Below, piece by piece: positions 8,515-16,021 of a DNA stretch of 34,241 nt. The notes beneath the pieces were generated by a model, which saw only the letters and a list, made by a program, of their open reading frames with translations, was not told the DNA's origin and searched no databases. Each line of letters opens with the position of its first letter. Position 1 is the stretch's first letter. The DNA is taken from contig JAEMSB010000001.1 of assembly GCA_016463045.1 (NCBI GenBank), positions 1-34,241 of the forward strand, written 5' to 3'. The DNA comes from Niveispirillum sp. GTDB taxonomy: Bacteria; Pseudomonadota; Alphaproteobacteria; Azospirillales; Azospirillaceae. The translations under genes and the position numbers were made by a program.

Positions 8515-8591
8515 TTGCCGTCAGGAATGTAGACTGACGGCAATCATTCGATTGACCCGGTGAACAGGTCAGTAACCGGTTCACCGGGTCA
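8515..8591. terminator. Two tandem stem-loops between convergent genes (probable terminators or 3'-end stabilisers)
   Basis: TTGCCGTCAG (8515-8524) pairs with CTGACGGCAA (8534-8543). TGACCCGGTGAAC (8553-8565) pairs with GTTCACCGGGTCA (8579-8591). Neither has a long U tract. Confidence 0.55.
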
Positions 8592-8617
8592 GTCTTGGAC
8601 GCTCTCCGACAGCCCAC

Positions 8618-10693
8618 CTATGGCGTATCCGTTGCCGATGATGCCGTCGCGGCCTGCGGCAGGTCAATATGACCGACCACCGTTCCCCAGGCAGGGCCAT
8701 CACCATCCAGCTTGGTGATGCGATAGTGAAGGGCAGGACGATCTTTAAACAGATCCCGGCTCACACGATATGAGCATCCTGAGACAAGATTTATGTGCTC
8801 GGCCAAGATGGGTTCATAAAAATTAGGGTCAGTGCATATTTCCACAAGGAAAGAATCATTCTCTTCGCCATTCCAATCAAAGGCAATGAATACATCTTCT
8901 ACCTTTGTTGATACCACTAAGGGTGTGTAGGGAAGCTTTGTTTGAGATTTCCCCCCCTTCTCTGTTCTCTTGATAAAATCAACACCACTAATTGACATTT
9001 CCAGTTTGTCGAAAGTGCCATGCGGCTGAAAAGCAAAGACCCCAGGCTTGAGCGAGGGCAGCATGGTGGATTGGATAGAGCCGATCAGCATGAACCGGGC
9101 CGACAGCACCGATCTTGTCAGCTTTTCCGGAATCCCCACCTTGATTTTCAAGGATGGTGACTGTGTGGCGCGAAGCGACAGCACATGCCCCAGGTCAAAT
9201 TCAATCGTGACCGGATTGATATAATGGACGGTTGATATCTCCACCGGGATTTCTGTCGCGTCATCGAAGACGATGATAAAAGTCAGCGGCTCCATCCCCA
9301 ACGTATCATCATCGCGTAAGTGGAGACGAACACGCGCATCAAGAACAGGTAGACCACAGCTCGCCTCGACCCATTCCACAGTGGATTCTGTAAAATGAGC
9401 CGTATGAGTATAGCGATAAGGACGGGGCAGCGGATTGCCAGGGCTTACAATCGAATTCCCTCTTGTAAAGAATATAGGACTTGTCCCTAGCATTTTTTCA
9501 AAAATGACGATCTCATCGCCAGGTTTCAATTGTATCGAAACCTGAGAGTGCGCTGTTTTTTCAGAATCTTGGGTGACGTATGATTTTGATTTTATAATTC
9601 TACTATAATTATCTTTCGTTGACTTATAGTATCCGCCCTCGTATTGCTTTGATTCCATAAACGGATAGCCGTAATTTGTGCGGTCTATAACGGAATCCAC
9701 AACAGATTCTGCATCAAATAGATTTTGATTGTGTTCATCGCGATAGAAACAGGAAAGATTCGGGTCCAATAGGTTCCAACGGTCATCAAACCAGACCTCT
9801 ACAGCAGCGTGACCATCATATTTGATGATTCTTGATTTCAGCCCCAGGCGCTCAGCCAATTGGCAGTAGACATGGGCAAAATCATTGCAGTCGCCACCAT
9901 AAACCCAAAGAAACAGCATGGGATCACGGCGCTGGCTTGGGTGAATATCGGCGGTTCCCCGTACCCCGAACATGCTGATATACCGCCAAAGCGCAAAGGC
10001 CTTTGCACGATCATCGCCTGCTGTCGCCTTGATCGCGGCGACCAAATCCTCACAGCTCCAATGTGTGTCATGCAGATGCGAGCGCACGCCGGTGATCGTC
10101 GCCGGGCTGGCAGATTTATTGCGGATGCTAAGCATAGCAATCTCCGCCCTGTATTTGCTGGTTATGAAACCGCTGACGCTGGCGGCTTCCTTGTCCAAGG
10201 TGAATGTCTTGCTCTTGGAGCCCAGTTCAATATTGAAAAGGGTCCGCCGCAGTATCTGGCTCATCAGGAAAACACTCAGACGCGTGATGCCCTGTGCGTC
10301 AATTGTGTCTCCAAAATCGTCCAGAACGAGCGGAAAATTATGTGTTTCAATGAGGTAGTGGATTGATGTCGCATAAAGCTGGGTTGCTGCCTTGTCGGCA
10401 TGCTCCAAGCTTGTATAGCTATAGCGACGACCGTTCGTGCGCGGGTCACTGCCGTCGCTGCTGCTGAAAAGCAGATAGCCTTTCCAATGTGAATATTGGC
10501 CGCCACCATTTTCACGGATATCCTGATGGCCACTATGCGGCGGCCCGAGAGGAAGCCCGTCCTCAAGCAGAAGCAACCCGCTACGTTTAGTCGCCTTTAT
10601 ATCGTCAGAAGGTATGTCGCGAACATTATCAACGATAAAGCCAAGGCCTGTGTCGTGCCTTATGTTATTTGATTCTATTATGAAATACTTCAT
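8618..10693 (-). CDS. Transglutaminase-like (Cys-His-Asp) protein with an N-terminal copy of the ~90-aa repeated domain
   Basis: Core GGDCNDFA...LAERLGLKSRII...GHAAVEVWFDDRWNLLDP (~9760-9900) matches the transglutaminase-like triad. N-terminal domain LLEDGLPLGPPHSGHQDIRENGGGQYSHW...FSSSDGSDPRTNGRRY. The C-terminus FDWNG....FLVEICTDPNF...HYRI looks FN3-like. Visibly AT-rich. Confidence 0.8.
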   Translation of the reverse strand: MKYFIIESNNIRHDTGLGFIVDNVRDIPSDDIKATKRSGLLLLEDGLPLGPPHSGHQDIRENGGGQYSHWKGYLLFSSSDGSDPRTNGRRYSYTSLEHADKAATQLYATSIHYLIETHNFPLVLDDFGDTIDAQGITRLSVFLMSQILRRTLFNIELGSKSKTFTLDKEAASVSGFITSKYRAEIAMLSIRNKSASPATITGVRSHLHDTHWSCEDLVAAIKATAGDDRAKAFALWRYISMFGVRGTADIHPSQRRDPMLFLWVYGGDCNDFAHVYCQLAERLGLKSRIIKYDGHAAVEVWFDDRWNLLDPNLSCFYRDEHNQNLFDAESVVDSVIDRTNYGYPFMESKQYEGGYYKSTKDNYSRIIKSKSYVTQDSEKTAHSQVSIQLKPGDEIVIFEKMLGTSPIFFTRGNSIVSPGNPLPRPYRYTHTAHFTESTVEWVEASCGLPVLDARVRLHLRDDDTLGMEPLTFIIVFDDATEIPVEISTVHYINPVTIEFDLGHVLSLRATQSPSLKIKVGIPEKLTRSVLSARFMLIGSIQSTMLPSLKPGVFAFQPHGTFDKLEMSISGVDFIKRTEKGGKSQTKLPYTPLVVSTKVEDVFIAFDWNGEENDSFLVEICTDPNFYEPILAEHINLVSGCSYRVSRDLFKDRPALHYRITKLDGDGPAWGTVVGHIDLPQAATASSATDTP

Positions 10694-10826
10694 CTAATCC
10701 CCAATGCCTGCAAGCAAATATATGACGAGGGCGAGGTACCTGGACCATACAATGGCATATCCCTTTGTACTTGCCCTCGTCAATCAGCTCACATTGGGAC
10801 CTGATAGTACATACGAATTGAGCCCC

Positions 10827-13295
10827 CTAACCTTCGTAATAGCTCTTCACGCAACCTGCGCATTCGGGCAGTACGAATGGCTTAAGCTCATCGTGACGCA
10901 GTGACTGTCTCAGGCGCTGATAGCGGGCACCCAGCCATGTGTTCAGGAATTCGTCGGTGTCAGTGGCAAAGCCCAGCACTGTCCGCTGGGTACGACAGCA
11001 CGCGTAAACCTCGCCATCCAGGCCGATTTCCACATATTGCAGCGGCGCCATGCAGCTATAGACCGCATGGGCTCCGTGCTTGTGGCTGGGAATTGGGTAG
11101 TTGGGATGAGCCGCATGTGGAATTTTGTAGAGATTGGCGTCAACCGTTTCGCGGTTGACGGTTGACTGACGCCGGACCCAATTCGGTTCGAAACGAATAT
11201 CGGGTCCGTCGGGATGACGTTCCGCCCATTCGTGCAGAGCTTCAATCCAAGGCTTCAGTTCGTCGGCCGAGGGTTGCTCCTCGAACGAACCGATGATCGG
11301 GTCGTATTTACGGAAATTGACAGCCTCAACCCCAACCTCATAGGCCCATTCCAGAACCTCGATCATGACGGGCATGGTGCGCCGGGTGACGGTCGGGTTC
11401 ACGCAGAGCTTGAGGCGCGAGGGGTCTCGACGGCGGGCCAGTTCGCGCACGCCGCGATCAACCTGTTCCCAGCGGCCGCGCAGGCGGACCTTGTCGAACA
11501 GGGGCCCGACGGCATCAATGGACATCCAGACCGTCCCCACCATGCCCGACAACAGGTTGATAACCCGGTCGGTCAGGAGGGTTGCGTTTGTCTGGAGCTT
11601 CAACACACAGTCATGATCACGGATCGTGGCCAGCACCTCCTCGAAATCCGGATGAAGTGATGGCTCGCCATAGCTGCTCAACTCCACCTCGGTCATGAAG
11701 GGCATGATGGTTTCCGCGACCTTGCGGAAGGCATCAATATCCATGAACCGGCGCGAAATCTTCTCATTGTCCAGCGACTTTTGGCTGCCGCAGATCTCGC
11801 ATCGAAGGTTGCACTTGTTCGTGAGACCGATATTGCAATAGCGGGGCAGCTCAAAACGCTGACCATCCTTCACATACATGAAGGGCCGACCAGCCGGCTG
11901 ATAGATCAGACCGCCATCGGACATCTGCTTATGTATCCGGTACCCAATCTGATAACGCCGGCCATTGCGGTTGGGATCGGTATTATCCGAACTGGACAGC
12001 CAGAAGGACGAACCCCAATGGCTGAAGCGGCCCCCACCCTGCTCACGGATCGCACTGTGCAGCGCTTCCGCGCCATTCATGAAACGGCCATCCTCGATCA
12101 GGAACAGTTCTGATTTCCGGCCCTCGCCGCTGGCGAGATGCGCAAGGGCCGGCACCTGCGCCTGCCAGGCAAAGCCCGATTCGGATGAAAAGGGTCGAGG
12201 TAGATCGACGACATAGATACCGTTTTCGAACGACAGCTTGTCGTAGGGGATGCGTTCCTTCTCCAGATCTGGGAAGGTCAGGACATAGCTGCGCCCATTA
12301 TCGTTGGGATCCGTACCATCCGAGGTGGAAATCCACAGCCGGCCCTGCCACAGGCTGAAGGCCCCCCCGCCCTGGGACCGAATATCGTCATGCAGGCTGT
12401 CGCCTGGTCCGAGGGGACGACCATTTTCCGTCAGACGGGCAAAGACACCATTGCGGCCTGGTGCCGCCGACCATGGCTCGAACTGGGGGACGTCCATAAC
12501 CCAGGCTTTGCCACCATCCGCCTGGAACGCCGGCGAAAGCTTATAGGGGACATCCATGGCCAGAATGGGTGCCGGCGGGCGTTCCGGCTTGCTCTGTTCC
12601 GGCTCTGGCAGCGCGATGACCGGCGCCGCCAGCTCGAATTCCAGCACATAGCGCCGCCGGTTCATGTTCGGATTGGTACTATCCGATGTCGAGAACCAGA
12701 GCGTGCAATCCTCATCCAGCCATGCCCGGCCACGTCCCAGACGACGCACCTCTTCCGGGGGTGCCAGGATGAAACCGTCACTCTTGTCATTCTCAAGCAG
12801 CCGGATTGATGCACGGTCGATCGGCAGACCGCCGACGGGCCCCTTCAAGTCAACCCGCCAGGCGAAGCCGCGGTCAAATACATAGGGACCGGACAAGGTT
12901 ATAGACTGCGCGGTATTTGCGCCGTCACCACTGGCTTTGCCCGCAGAGAGCCGGATCACATAGGTGCGACCGTTGGTGCGCGGGTCCGTACCATCGGAGG
13001 AGGAGAACCATAATTGCCCGCCCCAATGGCTGAAACGCCCACCGCCGGCATTCCGGATGTCATCGTGTGACTGATTGCCTGGGCCGATCACGACGCCATT
13101 TTCAAGTAAGACGGACCCTGAAAGCGGAGCATCAAGCGAGGCACCCCACATCTCAAGATGAGGCAATGAGACAAGCCAGGCATAGCCGCCATCGGGCGCT
13201 CCAGCCTGGACATCGATCTCCACGTCACCACCTGCCCACCCCGCCATCGAACCGGCTTCGGGCAAAAAGGAGGGATTTGCCTCAAAATTTCGCAT
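10827..13295 (-). CDS. Radical SAM protein with a C-terminal SPASM/twitch domain and four N-terminal copies of the ~90-aa repeated domain
   Basis: CNLRCEIC (CxxxCxxC, 11790-11813), YGEPSLHP, QTNATLL and SIDA. SPASM-type tail CMAPLQYVEIGLDGEVYACC...TWLGARYQRLR...ECAGC. Confidence 0.9.
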   Translation of the reverse strand: MRNFEANPSFLPEAGSMAGWAGGDVEIDVQAGAPDGGYAWLVSLPHLEMWGASLDAPLSGSVLLENGVVIGPGNQSHDDIRNAGGGRFSHWGGQLWFSSSDGTDPRTNGRTYVIRLSAGKASGDGANTAQSITLSGPYVFDRGFAWRVDLKGPVGGLPIDRASIRLLENDKSDGFILAPPEEVRRLGRGRAWLDEDCTLWFSTSDSTNPNMNRRRYVLEFELAAPVIALPEPEQSKPERPPAPILAMDVPYKLSPAFQADGGKAWVMDVPQFEPWSAAPGRNGVFARLTENGRPLGPGDSLHDDIRSQGGGAFSLWQGRLWISTSDGTDPNDNGRSYVLTFPDLEKERIPYDKLSFENGIYVVDLPRPFSSESGFAWQAQVPALAHLASGEGRKSELFLIEDGRFMNGAEALHSAIREQGGGRFSHWGSSFWLSSSDNTDPNRNGRRYQIGYRIHKQMSDGGLIYQPAGRPFMYVKDGQRFELPRYCNIGLTNKCNLRCEICGSQKSLDNEKISRRFMDIDAFRKVAETIMPFMTEVELSSYGEPSLHPDFEEVLATIRDHDCVLKLQTNATLLTDRVINLLSGMVGTVWMSIDAVGPLFDKVRLRGRWEQVDRGVRELARRRDPSRLKLCVNPTVTRRTMPVMIEVLEWAYEVGVEAVNFRKYDPIIGSFEEQPSADELKPWIEALHEWAERHPDGPDIRFEPNWVRRQSTVNRETVDANLYKIPHAAHPNYPIPSHKHGAHAVYSCMAPLQYVEIGLDGEVYACCRTQRTVLGFATDTDEFLNTWLGARYQRLRQSLRHDELKPFVLPECAGCVKSYYEG
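11940..13220 (-). repeat. Four tandem copies of the ~90-aa domain within the radical SAM gene
   Basis: Approximate copy positions: 12950-13220 (...FSHW...FSSSDGTDPRTNGRTY), 12635-12903 (divergent, ...FSTSDSTNPNMNRRRY), 12275-12545 (...FSLW...ISTSDGTDPNDNGRSY), 11940-12210 (...FSHW...LSSSDNTDPNRNGRRY). Confidence 0.88.
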
Positions 13296-13441
13296 TGTGT
13301 CTAGCCCTCTGCATATTGTAGTTATAATATCGTTTAAGTTAAACGTCAGTCAACATTAGCGGCTCCCCCGCAGAGTGTAGCCAGGCGGAATCGACCCTGT
13401 CACATAGGGCTAATTCACAATCTGGTTATCAATTATAGTTT
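13296..13441. promoter_or_regulatory. AT-rich divergent promoter region with palindromes
   Basis: Lies between the divergent radical SAM and TPR/asnB units. Contains TATAAT (13323-13328), the perfect palindrome CGTTTAA-G-TTAAACG (13331-13345) and the imperfect palindrome ATATTGTA-GT-TATAATAT (13313-13330). Confidence 0.45.
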
Positions 13442-14101
13442 ATGTCTGTTCGGCTGGGGGCGCAGCACTCCGCCGCTGAACTTCACTCAGGTGTCGGTAG
13501 CATGCTAGGCCACGTGCAAATGTCTTTTGGAAGTACGCAAGCCTCCGAGAGGTCTGAGCTGCAATTGCCAGACGACTGGGAGCAAAAAGGGGATTTTTTG
13601 GCGGCTGGGGGGCGTTTCGACCTCGCGGTTAACGCCTATGCGCAGGCGGTGTCCGTTGCCCGCAACCCCAACGCCGTGCGTGCCAAGATGGCGCGTGCCC
13701 ACATGCTAGCGGGCAACCTGGTGACGGCGAGGGAGCTTTTCGAGGCGCAGTTGACGGAAAATCCAGGCGATCCATCCGTACTGACCGGCTGTGCCGAGCT
13801 TGCCATCGCAATGGGCAATGACCCGGCTGCCATCACCTATCTGCAACAGGTGGCTTCTGGTCTGCGTGTGCAGCGTGATGGTCTGGCGGCTCGGTTGGCC
13901 GATATTTCCCTCTTACTGCTCTCACGCCAACCGGTGGCAGCCAACGAGATGGCGACTTTCCCGGCATTGCAGGAGCAGGATGCGGTGCTGATGGATATCA
14001 AGGACCGCAGCGCGATGTTGGCTTTGCTGCGTACACAGGCCATCACCATCAGTCAGTTGAAGGCGGCACTCGACCTGCTGACGGCGACCGGTCAGAATTG
14101 A
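13442..14101 (+). CDS. TPR-containing protein
   Basis: Helical TPR-like segments WEQKGDFLAAGGRFDLAVNAYAQAV, AKMARAHMLAGNLVTARELFEAQLTENP and LAIAMGNDPAAITYLQQV. Start uncertain; later ATGs are possible. Confidence 0.72.
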   Translation: MSVRLGAQHSAAELHSGVGSMLGHVQMSFGSTQASERSELQLPDDWEQKGDFLAAGGRFDLAVNAYAQAVSVARNPNAVRAKMARAHMLAGNLVTARELFEAQLTENPGDPSVLTGCAELAIAMGNDPAAITYLQQVASGLRVQRDGLAARLADISLLLLSRQPVAANEMATFPALQEQDAVLMDIKDRSAMLALLRTQAITISQLKAALDLLTATGQN

Positions 14102-14167
14102 TAGTGCAGGCAGCGGGGAACTGACCGTTCAGGGCGGTTGGTACGCCATATGCGGGGGAATTAGGGG

Positions 14168-16021
14168 ATGTGTGGCATAGCCGGCATCATCAATTTTGGT
14201 AACAAGGTGAGCCCCAAGCAGTTGGCCCAACTGGCTGGAGCAATGGCTGATCGGATGATCCATCGCGGCCCGGATGACGGGGGTGTTTGGGTTGACAAAA
14301 CAGGCCATTGCGCCTTTTCCCATCGCCGTCTCAGCATCATCGACACTTCCTCGGGCGGCCATCAGCCGATGCATAGTGCAGATGGCCGCCTGTCCATCTG
14401 CTTCAACGGCGAACTTTACAGTTTTCAGGAAGTACGTGCGGAGCTTGAGGCCAAGGGGCATGTTTTCCGCACACAGTCGGATACAGAGGTCCTGTTGCAG
14501 GGTTTGCAGGCAGAAGGGCTTAATCTTCTGTCGCGCATCGATGCGATGTATGCGTTCGCCCTGTATGATCACAAGGATCGCAGCCTTGTCATCGCCCGTG
14601 ACCCTTTCGGGGAAAAACCGCTTTATTACTGGACAGGTAATGGCCTGTTTGCCTTCGCTTCAGAGCTGCAGGCACTGACTGTTCTGCCTGGCTTTGATGC
14701 GACCATCGATCATGAAAGCATCGCGGGCTATCTGAGCTTTCAATATGTGCCCGGTACACGGTCCATTTATGGTTCCGTTCGCCGGTTGCCGCCGGGTTGC
14801 TATCTGCGTGTGTCCCCGACGGGCAGCATCGTGGTCGGTCGCCACTTTGCGTTCGAAACGGAACCGACTGGCCTTGCCCCCCGCTCCATTGATGATCTGG
14901 CCGAAGAGCTGGAGGAGATTCTTGTCCGATCGGTACGGCGCAAGCTGATCTCCGATGTGCCTCTTGGGGCTTTTTTGTCCGGCGGAGTCGACAGCACACT
15001 GGTTGCCGCCATCGCAACAAAGCGCCTGAACCGCAACCTCATGACTTTCTCCATCGGCTTCGAGAATACAGCGGAGTCCGAGCATGAGGATGCGCGGGAA
15101 ATGGCCCGGATGCTGGGTACAGACCATCGCGACAAGATCATCGCGCCCGACATGCTGGCCCTGGGCGAGCAGGTCGGTGCCATGATGGACGAGCCGAACG
15201 GCGATAGTTCCTGCTTGCCCACCTATCTTCTCACACAGTTCGCGCGCGAACATGTCACCGTCGCCCTGTCCGGTGATGGCGGTGACGAGCTGTTCGGAGG
15301 CTATGGCCGCTATTTCTCCACCCTGCGCGAGGCACAGGAGAAGGCAGGCGATCCGGCATGGCAGCCGGGCGATGTCTATTTCTCCAACCGCATTCTGGTT
15401 TACGAAGACCGCGACGTGGAACGTCTGCTAGGTCCGATGCCAACCGGTAATGCCGCTTTGCTTCGCCATCTGCGGGACACGGTCAATCTGGCGGATAAGC
15501 CACTGCTCCACCGTCTGCGGGAAATGGATGCAGCCCACTATATGCCAGGGGCGGTTCTGCCCAAGGTCGACCGGATGAGCATGCGTAACAGCCTGGAAGT
15601 GCGGGCGCCCTTGCTGGGCATGGAGGTGGCGCGCTTCGCGGCCCGTCTTCATCCCGATGAATGCTACGCCAGTGGTCAAGGCAAGCTGATCTTGAAGCGT
15701 GTTGCCGAGCAGTTCGTGCCCCGTGCCTGGCTGGACCGGCCAAAACGCGGTTTCGGCTTGCCCATGTCACTCTGGGGCCGGGATGAGCTGCTGGCCCGCA
15801 CCCGTAAGCTTTGTCTGTCCGCAGACGGCCAGTTGCAGAACTGGCTGCCGGTAGAGCGCATCGCCGCCTTCATGGACCATCAGACACAATCATATAGCGC
15901 CTATCAGATCTGGCTCTTGTTCATTCTTGAAAGCTGGTTGCGCACCCATCCTGCGCGCTCTCCGCCGCCGGCAAAGGCTCTCTCCCCATCCCGCAACCCC
16001 GTGCCGGTGCCTGCCAATTGA
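14168..16021 (+). CDS. asnB: Asparagine synthase (glutamine-hydrolysing) family amidotransferase
   Basis: MCGIAG (catalytic Cys2), HRGPD, HRRLSIID, FNGELY, SDTEV, ARDPFGEKPLY, FLSGGVDS, LSGDGGDELFGGY, KVDRMSM, EVRAP and RPKRGFG. In this context it is more likely a glycan amidotransferase than a housekeeping Asn synthetase (inference). Confidence 0.95.
   Translation: MCGIAGIINFGNKVSPKQLAQLAGAMADRMIHRGPDDGGVWVDKTGHCAFSHRRLSIIDTSSGGHQPMHSADGRLSICFNGELYSFQEVRAELEAKGHVFRTQSDTEVLLQGLQAEGLNLLSRIDAMYAFALYDHKDRSLVIARDPFGEKPLYYWTGNGLFAFASELQALTVLPGFDATIDHESIAGYLSFQYVPGTRSIYGSVRRLPPGCYLRVSPTGSIVVGRHFAFETEPTGLAPRSIDDLAEELEEILVRSVRRKLISDVPLGAFLSGGVDSTLVAAIATKRLNRNLMTFSIGFENTAESEHEDAREMARMLGTDHRDKIIAPDMLALGEQVGAMMDEPNGDSSCLPTYLLTQFAREHVTVALSGDGGDELFGGYGRYFSTLREAQEKAGDPAWQPGDVYFSNRILVYEDRDVERLLGPMPTGNAALLRHLRDTVNLADKPLLHRLREMDAAHYMPGAVLPKVDRMSMRNSLEVRAPLLGMEVARFAARLHPDECYASGQGKLILKRVAEQFVPRAWLDRPKRGFGLPMSLWGRDELLARTRKLCLSADGQLQNWLPVERIAAFMDHQTQSYSAYQIWLLFILESWLRTHPARSPPPAKALSPSRNPVPVPAN

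Noticed and set aside
11940-13220. CRISPR array or DNA-level tandem repeat
   Set aside because: The repeats are conserved only at protein level and are in-frame coding; there are no identical direct repeats with spacers.
13339-13354. CtrA box (TTAA-N7-TCAAC)
   Set aside because: One mismatch in the second half-site, within AT-rich DNA; could easily be chance.
2878-16021. Lasso-peptide or other RiPP cluster (AsnB-like + transglutaminase-like + radical SAM/SPASM + methyltransferases)
   Set aside because: No precursor peptide, RRE/PqqD or peptide exporter is visible. The intact AsnB keeps its glutaminase Cys, and the degenerate one has lost the ATP-binding loop a lasso cyclase needs. The context is dominated by sugar enzymes.
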